A stretch of 64,000 nucleotides of DNA from Thermoguttaceae bacterium (GCA_017937485.1 JAGBDN010000007.1:14689-78688), one strand, 5' to 3'; counted from the stretch's first letter, positions 9,859-19,848 are shown. Numbers and translations are program-made. Notes: a model not told the origin generated them from the sequence alone.

Positions 9859-11364
9859 ATGAAAATTATCGGACTTTTGGACTGCGACAGCTTTTTCGCG
9901 TCTTGCGAGAAAGTTTTTCGGCCCGATTGGGCGAACCGGCCGGTCGTCGTTTTGTCGAACAACGACGGTTGCGTCGTCGCGCGGTCGCCGGAAGCGAAGG
10001 CGCTCGGAATCGCAATGGGGGCGCCGCTTTTTCAGATTCGCGAGTTGGCGCGGACGGCGGGCGTCGTCGTTCGCTCCGGAAATTTCGCGCTTTACGGCGA
10101 TTTGAGCCGCCGCGTCGTCGAGACGTTGGGACGCTGGACGCCGAACGTCGACGTTTACTCGATCGACGAAGCGTTTCTCGACTTGACCGGGCGGTTTTGC
10201 GACGCGTCGGGGCGGTTGCGCGTCGACGACGACGGAAAAGAAGAGGGAACGGCGGAGGAAAACGGCGGCGATTTAGGAGGTTTGCGCGGTTTAGACAACG
10301 TTAGCGGCGGCGGTATGGGCGAGTTGGAAAGAATCGGCAAGAACGGCGGCGTCGATTGGCGGGAGTTTTGCGTTTCGGACGAGCGGCTTTCGACGGCGAC
10401 GCGGCGGGAAATCGAGCGGACGGCGGCGGAAATCGTCGAAACGGTTCGGCGTTGGACGGGAATCCCGGTTTCGCTCGGACTCGGCCCGACCCGGACGTTG
10501 GCGAAGGCGGCGAGTCGAATCGCGAAACGAGACGGCGCGACGACCGGACGGAAGTTTGCGCTTCTTTTCGACCCGGAAGAGCGGGAACGAGAGTTGAAGC
10601 GGCTCCCGGTCGGCGACGTTTGGGGCGTCGGACGGCGGTTGCTCCCGGCGTTTTGGCGGCTCGGGCTCCGAACGGCGTTCGATTTGGCGCGCGTCGACCC
10701 GATTTATATGCGGAAAAATTTTTCGATCGTTCAAGAAAAAACGGTTCGCGAACTGCGCGGCGAGCGGACGTTCGACTCGAAGACGCGTCCGGAAGCGCAA
10801 AAATCGCTCCAAATTTCTCGTTCGTTCGGTTCGACCGTCGAAACGCTCGCCGAAATGGAGGAGGCCGTTTCGAGTTTCGCGTCGACGGCGGCGGCGAAGA
10901 TGCGCGCTCGAAAGATCGTCGCTTCCGGGGTTTACGTCTATATGTCGACGAGCGGGCGCGACCCGAACGCTCCGCGGCGCAACGTCGGCTTGGCGGTCAA
11001 TTTCGCGCGACCGACGAACTCGACGCCGGAGTTTTTGTCGGCGGCGCTCCGGCTAACGCGAACCCTGTTCGACCCGAAACTCGCTTGGCGGAAAGCGGGC
11101 GTCGTCGCGCTCGAAACGCTCGACGAAAGCGTCGCGGCGTCCCGGCGGTTTCTGTTCGAGCCCGACCCGGAACGACCCGCCGAACGGAGGGAGCGCGACC
11201 GGCGGCTCTGCGAAGCGCTCGACAAGGCGAACGTCGCGTTCGGGAAAAACGCCGTTTTTTTCGCGTCGGACGGAATCAAACCGCGTTGGACGCCGAACGC
11301 CCGCTTCGTTTCGCCGTCGTACACGACCGACTGGAACGCGCTCCCGGTCGTTCGGGCGAATTAG
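9859..11364 (+). CDS. umuC: Y-family translesion DNA polymerase, UmuC-like, with internal insertion
   Basis: N-terminus LLDCDSFFASCEKVFRPDWANRPVVVLSNNDGCVVARSPEAKALGI, plus SIDEAFLDLT. About 60 aa of Gly/Asp/Glu-rich sequence sit between the palm motifs. Confidence 0.85.
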   Translation: MKIIGLLDCDSFFASCEKVFRPDWANRPVVVLSNNDGCVVARSPEAKALGIAMGAPLFQIRELARTAGVVVRSGNFALYGDLSRRVVETLGRWTPNVDVYSIDEAFLDLTGRFCDASGRLRVDDDGKEEGTAEENGGDLGGLRGLDNVSGGGMGELERIGKNGGVDWREFCVSDERLSTATRREIERTAAEIVETVRRWTGIPVSLGLGPTRTLAKAASRIAKRDGATTGRKFALLFDPEERERELKRLPVGDVWGVGRRLLPAFWRLGLRTAFDLARVDPIYMRKNFSIVQEKTVRELRGERTFDSKTRPEAQKSLQISRSFGSTVETLAEMEEAVSSFASTAAAKMRARKIVASGVYVYMSTSGRDPNAPRRNVGLAVNFARPTNSTPEFLSAALRLTRTLFDPKLAWRKAGVVALETLDESVAASRRFLFEPDPERPAERRERDRRLCEALDKANVAFGKNAVFFASDGIKPRWTPNARFVSPSYTTDWNALPVVRAN

Positions 11365-11454
11365 TTAAACGGAGAAAGCGGGGGGATTGGGAAAAGCGGA
11401 CAAAGCGAAAGAAAGAAGGGAAATGACAAAACGGCGAAAATAGCGAGTTTGCGT

Positions 11455-11496
11455 AAAAACGCCGCGTCGAGTTTTAAGGCTCGACGCGGCGTTTTG
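11455..11496. terminator. Bidirectional intrinsic terminator between convergent umuC-like and lipoprotein genes
   Basis: 14-bp stem AACGCCGCGTCGAG / CTCGACGCGGCGTT, flanked by an A-run and a T-run. Confidence 0.6.
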
Positions 11497-11540
11497 GCGT
11501 TAACGCGGGACGGCGAAGGAAAACGTCGCCGGAAATCGCG

Positions 11541-12026
11541 TCAGGCGCCGCCGCCCGGACGACCGGTCGCCTCCGGTTCCGCGACCGGCGCGTCGGCGCG
11601 CGGAACGTCGAAATCGAAAACGTTTTTCTTCGGTTCGATCGTTACCTTTTGTTTCGAAAGGCGCCCCCAATCTTCCGGAACATACGAGACCATTTCGTCG
11701 TATTCGAACGTCCCTCCTTCGCCGTCGCTCCCTTGCAACTTTTGCCCGGACGGCTCTTCCGCGATCAAAACGACGGAATATTCGCCCGGAACGAGGCCTT
11801 TCGACGCGGGAATTTCAAATTTGCCCTTGATCACCTGCGCCGCCGAACTCGAAAGCGCGGTTCCGCCTCCGGTCGGTTGGAAGGAAATTTGCCCGTTCGA
11901 CAACGGTTCGCCGCCGAATTGAACGGTGCCGGAAATCGGGTAACGTCCGTCGACGCCCGCGTCGCAACCGAGCGCGGCGAGGCAAAGAAAGGCGAACGCG
12001 ATTTGAAATAAAACGCGAATTTTCAT
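11541..12026 (-). CDS. Small lipoprotein, partner of the DUF1559 gene
   Basis: Signal peptide with lipobox LAALGC. Mostly beta-type sequence. Lies 120 nt downstream of the DUF1559 gene on the same strand. Confidence 0.75.
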   Translation of the reverse strand: MKIRVLFQIAFAFLCLAALGCDAGVDGRYPISGTVQFGGEPLSNGQISFQPTGGGTALSSSAAQVIKGKFEIPASKGLVPGEYSVVLIAEEPSGQKLQGSDGEGGTFEYDEMVSYVPEDWGRLSKQKVTIEPKKNVFDFDVPRADAPVAEPEATGRPGGGA

Positions 12027-12145
12027 TAATCGTTGCTCCTAAATTAGCGCCGTCGCCGAAAATCGAGAAGCGGAAAACGCCGAAAAAAGCGTTCGCCGAC
12101 GTCGCGGCGACGGCGGTTAAAGCGTTAAAACGTCGAATCGACCGA

Positions 12146-13165
12146 TTAGAACGTTTCCGTTTCGCCGCCCTTGGCCGTGCTGGCGGCCGCCCAAACGTCG
12201 AGGTTGATCGTATCGCTGACGAAACGAACGGAACCGTCGGCCATCGCGACGTTGACGCCGCCGGAGTGTCGACTGCGCGCCGAGATAATGATCGCCGCGT
12301 CGAGCGTTTTGTCGGTCGCCGGCGCGAAAATCGCGTTCGCGGCGCGGGTCGGAATGCAGCCGAGATAGTCCATTTCTTGCGTGTTCGGCGTGAAGAACGC
12401 GGAGTAAGCGCACCCCCAAGGATACCAAAGGTTGCCGCGTTCGTCGGCGGTCGCTTTGCCGTTAATGTCTTGCGATTTGCTAACTTGGATGATTTCCGAC
12501 ATCGCCATCGTGTTCGACGTTCCGTCGGTGATCGCCGCCATCGGTTGGCAACGGTAACCTTGGCCCTGGTAGCTGCCGCAACGGAAAATCGCCTCTTTAT
12601 ACTGAACGACGCGGTCGCCGTAAGTTACCCATTCGCGCCAACCGTTAATAACGGTCGCGTCGCCGGACGAACTCCATTGCGACGTGCCGGTTTTGCCGAC
12701 GCAAACGACGTAATTGTGTTGGCACCAACCGTTCGCGTTGTCTTTGTACATCTGCCAAGAGTCGCTCGGGCAGCAGTACGTCGTAACGCGTTTTTTGCAG
12801 AAATAGGAGTCGTTGGCGCCCCAACCGGCGTTTCCGGCTTTGGTCGGAATGCCGTCGTAGAGCGTCGTTTGTTCGATGAACGGAAGCAAACAGCGCGCCC
12901 AGGTCGTTTCGTGCGCCCGTCCGGAGCCGGTGAAAGACGCGACCGGGAATTTTCCGTGCGCGTCGACGTAGTTGTGCATTCCGAGCATGCACTGCTTGAA
13001 ATTGTTCGTGCATTGCATTCGACGCGCGGCTTCGCGGGCCGCTTGCACCGCCGGGAGAAGAAGACCGATCAAAATACCGATGATCGCGATGACGACCAAC
13101 AGTTCGACAAGCGTAAAACCGAAACGTAATTCGCGACGCGATTTAACATTAGCGGCGTAATTCAT
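12146..13165 (-). CDS. DUF1559 protein with prepilin-type N-terminal cleavage/methylation segment
   Basis: N-terminus RFGFTLVELLVVIAIIGILIGLLLPAVQAAREAARRMQCTNNFKQ and C-terminal SRHSGGVNVAMADGSVRFV, the typical planctomycete family. AAGGAG RBS present. Confidence 0.9.
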   Translation of the reverse strand: MNYAANVKSRRELRFGFTLVELLVVIAIIGILIGLLLPAVQAAREAARRMQCTNNFKQCMLGMHNYVDAHGKFPVASFTGSGRAHETTWARCLLPFIEQTTLYDGIPTKAGNAGWGANDSYFCKKRVTTYCCPSDSWQMYKDNANGWCQHNYVVCVGKTGTSQWSSSGDATVINGWREWVTYGDRVVQYKEAIFRCGSYQGQGYRCQPMAAITDGTSNTMAMSEIIQVSKSQDINGKATADERGNLWYPWGCAYSAFFTPNTQEMDYLGCIPTRAANAIFAPATDKTLDAAIIISARSRHSGGVNVAMADGSVRFVSDTINLDVWAAASTAKGGETETF

Positions 13166-13309
13166 AAGACGCTCCTTGAATTAAATGTATAAAATATGGA
13201 AAACGACGCGCAAAATTATTAGAAAACAAAAGGAATACTAAAATTTACGGCGTCGTAAATCGTCTGGAAAATAGGATTAGGGGATTAACGAGAAAAGGTC
13301 GATAATTAA

Positions 13310-13338
13310 ATTATAAAAAGGCCGACGGCGAATTGCAA
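13310..13338 (-). promoter_or_regulatory. Sigma70-like promoter (TTGCAA-17-TATAAT) for the DUF1559/lipoprotein pair
   Basis: Read on the minus strand inside an AT-rich spacer. About 145 nt upstream of the ATG at 13165. Confidence 0.5.
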
Positions 13339-13400
13339 CTTTTTTTGTCTTAATTTTAAGTGATTTTTGGAAAAATTTTTATTTTTTGACGCGTTCGCCG

Positions 13401-13449
13401 AGAAAAAACGCCGCGTTCCGAATCAAAAATATTCCGAACGCGGCGTTTT
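13401..13449 (-). terminator. Intrinsic terminator after the Gfo/Idh/MocA gene
   Basis: Long stem AAAACGCCGCGTTCGGAAT / ATTCCGAACGCGGCGTTTT, followed by TTTTTTCT on the minus strand. Confidence 0.6.
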
Positions 13450-13523
13450 GGCGTTAAAATAGGCGGGCGGCGGGGAATAGCAGGTTCGCCGGTCGCGCCG
13501 CCGTTCTTGCGGAAAATGGGCGA

Positions 13524-14567
13524 TCAGCCGAGCTTCACCGTCGCGCCCTTGCGAGCGGCTTCGTACACGGCGCAAATGACTTCGACGCTGCGGCGGCCTT
13601 CGCGACCGTCGATTTTCGGCGTTCGACCGTTTTCGATCGCGTCGAGAACGTCGGCGAATTGCTTGGCGTGCGCGTGATGCCCGATCGCGGCCGGGTCGGC
13701 GGCGCCGCCTCCTCCGGACAGGCGGTTCGTCATCGACTCGCGAATTTCCGCGTCTTCCGGGCGCGACTCGGCGAAGTCCCACTTGACGACGTCTTCCTCT
13801 TCGATGACCGCGGAGCCCTTGTCGCCGTGCAGTTCGATGCGTTTCAGGTAGCCCGGGTAAGCCGCCGTCGTCGCTTCGAGCAAGCCGAGCGCGCCGCTTT
13901 TGAAACGCAACGACGCGACCGCGACGTCTTCGACTTCGATGTTCTCGTGCGCGACGAGCCCGGTCAGCGCGGCGACTTCCGCGACGTCGCCCATCAGCCA
14001 AAGGAGGAGGTCGACGCTGTGAATCGCTTGGTTCATCAGCGCGCCGCCGCCGTCGAGCTTCCAAGTGCCGCGCCAAACGCCGCTGTCGTAATATTGTTGG
14101 GTGCGGTACCACTTCACGATAGCGTCGCCGAGCGTTTGTTTGCCGAATCGGCCCGCTTCGACCGCTTCTTTCATCAATATACTAGAGGGGTGGAAGCGGC
14201 TCGGGAAGACGGTCGAAAGGACGACGCCCGCTTTGTCGCAAGCGTCGATGATTTCGTCGCAACGTTCCGGAGTGATTTCGAGCGGTTTTTCGACGATAAC
14301 GTGTTTGCCGGCTTTCGCGGCGGCGACCGCCGGGTCGAGGTGCGCGCCGCTCGGGGTTCCGATCGTAACGATTTCGACGTCCGGGTCGGCGAGGAAGGCT
14401 TTGAAGTCGGAGTAAGGTTTGCAACCGAATTCTTTCGCGAGGCGTTCGGCGGCCAGCGGAAGCGTGTCGTAGCAGGCGACGAGTTCGGCGCCGATTTCGC
14501 GAATGGCGCGGGCGTGAAAGGTCGCGATCATCCCGCAACCGACGATACCGAATTTTTTGATTTTCAT
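13524..14567 (-). CDS. Gfo/Idh/MocA-family NAD(P)-dependent oxidoreductase
   Basis: N-terminal KFGIVGCGMIA Rossmann motif, EKPL motif, and typical length of 347 aa. Confidence 0.9.
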   Translation of the reverse strand: MKIKKFGIVGCGMIATFHARAIREIGAELVACYDTLPLAAERLAKEFGCKPYSDFKAFLADPDVEIVTIGTPSGAHLDPAVAAAKAGKHVIVEKPLEITPERCDEIIDACDKAGVVLSTVFPSRFHPSSILMKEAVEAGRFGKQTLGDAIVKWYRTQQYYDSGVWRGTWKLDGGGALMNQAIHSVDLLLWLMGDVAEVAALTGLVAHENIEVEDVAVASLRFKSGALGLLEATTAAYPGYLKRIELHGDKGSAVIEEEDVVKWDFAESRPEDAEIRESMTNRLSGGGGAADPAAIGHHAHAKQFADVLDAIENGRTPKIDGREGRRSVEVICAVYEAARKGATVKLG

Positions 14568-14652
14568 CTTTGTTTTCTTTCGAAAGCGCGTTGTTTGAAT
14601 TTGTCGTCAAAAATAACGCCGGAACCGCGCCGCGGCGGGCGCCGATTTTTTG

Positions 14653-14681
14653 ATTATAACGGAATCGGAGCGAAAAAACAA
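14653..14681 (-). promoter_or_regulatory. Sigma70-like promoter (TTGTTT-17-TATAAT)
   Basis: Read on the minus strand, about 86 nt upstream of the ATG at 14567. Confidence 0.45.
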
Positions 14682-14874
14682 GCGGCGCGGCGATTTTCTT
14701 TTTTCTTGTCGACGTTCGGCTTGTAAAATCCGCGGAAACGGAAAAACGATTTTGTTTGTTAAAATCGTTTAATTTGAACGGCGTTTTGGCCGATATGTGA
14801 AGGGAAGGAGTCGACCGAAAGCGGCGCGCGGACGGTCGTCGGGCGTTATCGTTCATTTTTGCCAACGACGTTAT

Positions 14875-17490
14875 ATGCGAAAATTAAGCAATAAAGAGAG
14901 ACGCGGCGTTTCGTTGCCGAGCGGCGTTCGCCGCTTGAAAGGCGCGGTCGTTTTGACGGCGGCGTTAGCGGCTTTTTTTCCGTCTTCGCCGTTACAAGCG
15001 CAAGAATCGCCGAGCGTCGCGGTTCCGTTTTACTCGTTGGACGCTTCGAACGACGAGGCGCAAACGCCGCGACCGGCTCGAACGGCGTCGGCGTATTCGT
15101 CGAAAGCGATCGGCCCGACCGTCGAGGCGTCGCGACCGATTTCGTTGGGCCCGCGTCGCTCGACGTTGCCGATTGAGGACGTCGCGGAATTTTCAAGCGA
15201 ACCGGAATTGAACGGAGACGTTTTCGACGCCGATTTAACCGTCGACGCGAGTTTGGACGTCGCGGAGGACGCGTCCGTCGCCGATGAATCCGCGACCGTC
15301 GAGCAAATCGCCGACGAGTGTTTTTTCGCGCTCGATCCGTATTCGTCGCTCTTTATCGATTATCCGCCGACCGCCGATTGGACGAACGCGGCGCTGTTGC
15401 GCGTCGACGAGATTTTGCCGCTTCTGGCGACCGAGCCGGAGCGAGCGGCGGCGATTATTAAAAAGTTTCGCGCGGAAATCGCCGCCTCGGAGCGAATTAA
15501 GGACGCTATTGTCGCGGCCGATCCGGCGTCGAAGTCGATTTCCGTTTTCGGCGACGCGAACGACGGCGAATCGGCGAAGAAAGACGCCGCGCCGACGTTG
15601 GAAACGCGTTATTCGCTCGAACAACGTTTGACCCTTTTCGAAGCGTTCCGTTGCGCGCTCGACCGTCGGGCGTTCGTTTGGGGACGCGCCGCCGAGTTCT
15701 TCGCGGCGAAGAATCGAGGCGAACTTGTCGCGGCGGGAGAAATTTCGACCGCCGAACTCGCGCGGATTCGGGAAACGACCGCCGCGGCGCAAGCGTTTTT
15801 CGGCGATTCCGAAGTCGGGCGCAATTGGCGAACGAGTTTTGAAATCGACTTGTTGTTAATCGACGTCGAGCGAACGCTCGAACTCGCGACTTCGAAGTCG
15901 GCGACGGGCGGGACGGCGAACGGAAACGATTCTCGCGACGTCGAGCGAACGCGGCGGACGAACTTTTTGCGCGACCGTTTGAATTCCGTTTGTTATAAGA
16001 TCGAAAAAACGCCGATGACGCCGGAGCAACGCCGCGTCTTCGACCGTTCGCCGCTTAACGTTTGGGTCGCGACCGTCGCGCCGTTTGCTTGCGACCGCGC
16101 CGAACCGTTGGCGTTGTTGCTCGAATTTGAGAAATACGAACGCGACGCCGGGGGAGAAATCGGGCGAACGTTGCAACAAAGCGCGCGGCGGATGACGACT
16201 TCGCGTTCCGAAGTTTGCCGTCGTTTCGGGAAAGCGTTCGACGTCGTGTACGATAATCCGAACGCGAAGGCTTACGTTTCCGAAGCGTTAATCAATCGCT
16301 TGTTGCCGATTCGCGACCCGGAATTTTCGGTCGTTCAGGAAACGGTCTTGAACAATCCGGTCGCGGGACGCCGTCGCGCCGACACGCAGGTCGCGATCGA
16401 GCTGATTCCCGATCCGTCGCGTTTGCTAATGAACTTGAACGTTTTCGGGCGCGTCGTCGCGTCGACGAGTTCGAACGTTTTTCCGGCGAAACTTTACAAC
16501 CAAAGTTACGCGACGTATTTTGGACAAAAAACGCTTGAATGGCGCGACGACGGATTCGCGTATTCGCCCGCGGTCGTTTCGGCGGAGTCGATCAACAAAT
16601 TGGGCGGCGTTCAAACCGACGTCGACTTCATCCCGTTGGTCGGCGATTTGACGCGCGAAGTGGTGCGGAGCCAATACGAGGCGAAACAAGGGGCGATTCG
16701 CTCCGAAATGAAGACGAAAGTCGCTCGCGAAGCTCGAGCGCGCATCGACGCCGAAGCGAACGAGCGTTTCGACGCGGTCAACGCTCGAATGCGCGCGAAC
16801 TTTTTCGCCGATTTAGAGCGGCTCGGGCTTTCGCTCAAAACGCAACGTTCGAAGACGACCGACGAATGGTTGCTCGCGTCGTTGCGTTTGGGAACCGATT
16901 TTTCGCTCGGTTGCCAAACGACGGAGCCGCCGACGCTTCCGGGCGCGTTCGCCGACGTGAAGTTGCACGAGTCGGCGGTCAACGCCGCGTTGGAACGTTT
17001 GGAACTCGGCGGAAAAACGCTGACGCCGTCGGAAACGCTCGCGTATTTGGCCCAAAAATTGAATAAACCGGGGTTGGCCGAGGTCGCGATCGAGGAAAAC
17101 GAACTCGTTTTGGCGTTCGCCGAGACCGATCCGGTCGTCGTTCGGTTCTTTGAAGACCGCGTCGAATTGCGGTTGAAGTTCGCGGCGTTGACGCTTGGCG
17201 ATAAGAATTGGGAAAACGTCGACGTTTGCGTTTCGTATCGCCCGACCGTCGCCGACGACGGAACGACCGTTTTCGAACGAGACGGCGTCGTCGAACTCGA
17301 CGGCCCCGGCGGAATGCGGGCTCAACTCGCGTTGCGTTCGATCTTTTCGAAGGTTTTTCCGGCGTCGAAGGCGTTCGACTTGCGTCCGAAAATTTTCGAT
17401 TCCGACGAGCGTTTCGCCGGATTGGCGCTCGGATTGGCGCGCGTTTCGCGAGGCTGGTTCGCGGTTTCCGTCGTTAATTTGCAACAATAA
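14875..17490 (+). CDS. Large secreted protein of unknown function (871 aa)
   Basis: Coding-like composition throughout. Start set at ATG 14875 (MRKLSNKERR..), which is followed by a signal-like segment AVVLTAALAAFFPSSPLQAQ. The track ORF begins at an upstream GTG. I recognise no domain. Confidence 0.75.
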   Translation: MRKLSNKERRGVSLPSGVRRLKGAVVLTAALAAFFPSSPLQAQESPSVAVPFYSLDASNDEAQTPRPARTASAYSSKAIGPTVEASRPISLGPRRSTLPIEDVAEFSSEPELNGDVFDADLTVDASLDVAEDASVADESATVEQIADECFFALDPYSSLFIDYPPTADWTNAALLRVDEILPLLATEPERAAAIIKKFRAEIAASERIKDAIVAADPASKSISVFGDANDGESAKKDAAPTLETRYSLEQRLTLFEAFRCALDRRAFVWGRAAEFFAAKNRGELVAAGEISTAELARIRETTAAAQAFFGDSEVGRNWRTSFEIDLLLIDVERTLELATSKSATGGTANGNDSRDVERTRRTNFLRDRLNSVCYKIEKTPMTPEQRRVFDRSPLNVWVATVAPFACDRAEPLALLLEFEKYERDAGGEIGRTLQQSARRMTTSRSEVCRRFGKAFDVVYDNPNAKAYVSEALINRLLPIRDPEFSVVQETVLNNPVAGRRRADTQVAIELIPDPSRLLMNLNVFGRVVASTSSNVFPAKLYNQSYATYFGQKTLEWRDDGFAYSPAVVSAESINKLGGVQTDVDFIPLVGDLTREVVRSQYEAKQGAIRSEMKTKVAREARARIDAEANERFDAVNARMRANFFADLERLGLSLKTQRSKTTDEWLLASLRLGTDFSLGCQTTEPPTLPGAFADVKLHESAVNAALERLELGGKTLTPSETLAYLAQKLNKPGLAEVAIEENELVLAFAETDPVVVRFFEDRVELRLKFAALTLGDKNWENVDVCVSYRPTVADDGTTVFERDGVVELDGPGGMRAQLALRSIFSKVFPASKAFDLRPKIFDSDERFAGLALGLARVSRGWFAVSVVNLQQ

Positions 17491-17849
17491 CGGTAACGAC
17501 GAATAAAACGATCGCGCGGCGTCGGGAAGGAAAAAAATAACGTTGAAGTCGCGCGGTTGCGCGGATTATAACGACGCGGACTTGGGGATAAGACGTTTGT
17601 AACGTTTATGCGCGTTGGCTTGGTGGAAAATTTGACGTCAAAGGCGCTTTTCGAGGAAAACGGGGGGTTTTTTTCTTGCGGATTTACGATTATACTTTTA
17701 TCCGTCGTTCGCGCGGCGCGGCGATTCGCCGTCGTCGCGACGCGTTTTGAGGCGCGTCGGCGAAGCGAACGGCGACCGCAAGAAATGAACGCTCGACGGC
17801 GCGCGTCGCGTTCGAGCGAATTTTTAAACGTTCGAAAAGGTTTTCTAAA

Positions 17850-18044
17850 ATGATGAACGCTAAAAATCAACAAGCTGCTAAACAAAAGAACGCCGACGCT
17901 TACTTTGCTCCGACCGTTCGTCAGCTTCGCGTCGGCGCCTTCGCTCCGAAGCGCGTCGAAATTCCCGAGAGCGCGCGTTTGTCCGTCGCGACCGCCGAAG
18001 CGGAACGGTTTTTCGTTCTCGAAAAGTTGCTTGCGACGAAATAA
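17850..18044 (+). CDS. Possible small protein (64 aa), unknown function
   Basis: ATG-ATG start, non-Arg-rich composition, GCT-rich alanine codons unlike neighbouring genes. A 10-bp-stem hairpin follows at about 18175-18206. The RBS is weak. Confidence 0.3.
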   Translation: MMNAKNQQAAKQKNADAYFAPTVRQLRVGAFAPKRVEIPESARLSVATAEAERFFVLEKLLATK

Positions 18045-18252
18045 CGTCGATAAAAGTCGCAAAGCGCGGTATCTTCCGAATATTGCCGCGCATATCGAAC
18101 GCTCGTCGATTTTGGTTCGAACGGATCTTTGGTTCGAAACGGCGCGCGATTTGGCCGTCTGAAAATTCAATGAACGACGCGTTCGGAGAACGGTTTTCGA
18201 ACGCGTCGGAATTGTTTTGGCGCTTCGCTTTCGTTTGCGGATCGCGCCGCCG

Positions 18253-19062
18253 TCAACGACGAGACGCGTTTTGCAACATCGCGTAATTCTGGTAAGTTAG
18301 ATAAGCGAAGAAAAACGCCGCGAAAACGCTTCCTCGCGAAAAAAAGAAGTAAGCGAGTCCGCCGGCGCAAACGACCGAAAGAATCAACGCGTTGCGAACG
18401 CCGTTTTGCGGCGAAAGTTGCGCGCCCAACGCCGTCGCGATTTGGCCGCCGTCGAGCGGATAAACCGGAACGAGATTGACCGCGCCCCAAAAAACGCAAA
18501 TCCAAATAAAGCCGAAAACAAAATAACCGAGAAACGCCGCGAGCGGCGCGCCGGAGTCGACGCCGACGGCCCATTCGGTCGGAAAAACGATCGGAATCGG
18601 CGTTCCGGCGGCGATTCCGACGGTAAAATCGCAACCGCAAAGGAACGCGACCGCGAGAAGCGCGGCGACGCCGAGAAAACCCGCGCCCGCTCCCGCGAAC
18701 GAAACGGCCGCTTGACTCCAGTTCGTCGGCTTTTTCGAATAAATCGGCCGCCAGCTCGTAACGCCGCCGAAAACGGGCGCTCCGCTCGGCGAGGTTCCGA
18801 TTCCAAGCGCGATTTCCGGTTGGGCGTCCCAAAGGAATTTGGCCGCGAGCGCGTGTCCGAGTTCGTGCAACAGGAACGCGAGCGTCGTCGCCGCCGTCCA
18901 ACCGAAAAGTCCCCAAACCCAAGGCGTTTCCGGGTCGATTCGGCTCAAAAACGGGGAAAAAGCGACGCAAAGGAACCAAAAACTCGGCAAAACGGCGACC
19001 GGAACGCCGAACAAGCGAAATTTCCAAACGTATTGGGACAAGGGGCGAACCTCTACTTTCAA
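18253..19062 (-). CDS. M50 (site-2 protease-like) membrane metalloprotease
   Basis: HELGHAL zinc motif and NLVPVYPLDGG second motif in a polytopic membrane protein. The only in-frame start near the N-terminus is TTG. Confidence 0.8.
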   Translation of the reverse strand: MKVEVRPLSQYVWKFRLFGVPVAVLPSFWFLCVAFSPFLSRIDPETPWVWGLFGWTAATTLAFLLHELGHALAAKFLWDAQPEIALGIGTSPSGAPVFGGVTSWRPIYSKKPTNWSQAAVSFAGAGAGFLGVAALLAVAFLCGCDFTVGIAAGTPIPIVFPTEWAVGVDSGAPLAAFLGYFVFGFIWICVFWGAVNLVPVYPLDGGQIATALGAQLSPQNGVRNALILSVVCAGGLAYFFFSRGSVFAAFFFAYLTYQNYAMLQNASRR

Positions 19063-19178
19063 ACGACGAGAGCGCGACCGGCGAAAACGAACGTCGCGTC
19101 GCGCTCTTCGTTATTTTCAATAAGAACGTCTTTATTTTCGCCGCTCGACGAAGCGGGCGGACAAAAAAAGAAACGTTT

Positions 19179-19745
19179 TCACGCTTCCGGCGGGTCGATT
19201 CCGAAATCTTTGATCGTCAAGAGGGAGCGGAAACGGTAGCCGCGGTCGGCGAACGCTTGCGCGCCCCCTTCCATTCGGTCGATGATCGCGATAACGCCGG
19301 CGACCTTGATTCCGGCCGCTTCCAAACGTTCGATCGCGATCAGCGAGGAACCGCCGGTCGTAACGACGTCTTCGACGACGACGACTTCGTCGCCCGCCGC
19401 GACCGGGCCTTCGATGTATTTGTTGGTGCCGTGTCCCTTGCTTTCTTTGCGGACGAGGAACGCTTTCAGGTCGAGCCCGCGGAGCCCGGCGACGGTGATG
19501 ACCGCCGCGGCGATCGGGTCGGCGCCGATCGACATACCGCCGACCGCCTTCGGAAGCGCGCCGTCGGCGAGGAGCATTTCGAGAATCCCTTCGCCGACGA
19601 GCGTCGCGCCGCGCGAGTCGAGCGTCGTTTGCTTACCGTCGAGGTAGTATTTCGCTTTTTTGCCGGACGCGAGGGTAAAATCGCCGAACTTAAGGGATTT
19701 TTCGCGAACGATATTCAATAATTCGTCTTTGTTGTACATTAACAT
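19179..19745 (-). CDS. pyrE: Orotate phosphoribosyltransferase
   Basis: FGDFTLASGKKAKYYLD and VVVVEDVVTTGGS PRPP-binding motif. The true start is MLMYNK at 19745; the upstream 136 codons of the track ORF are Arg-rich non-coding sequence. Confidence 0.92.
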   Translation of the reverse strand: MLMYNKDELLNIVREKSLKFGDFTLASGKKAKYYLDGKQTTLDSRGATLVGEGILEMLLADGALPKAVGGMSIGADPIAAAVITVAGLRGLDLKAFLVRKESKGHGTNKYIEGPVAAGDEVVVVEDVVTTGGSSLIAIERLEAAGIKVAGVIAIIDRMEGGAQAFADRGYRFRSLLTIKDFGIDPPEA

Positions 19746-19848
19746 TTCCTCGAAGGTTGGAGGGAGACTCGAAAGGAACTCGGGAACTCGCAAATTGAGA
19801 ACTCGAAAGGCGCGCGGCGACCGGGCCGACGTCGCGCAAATTTCTTCT

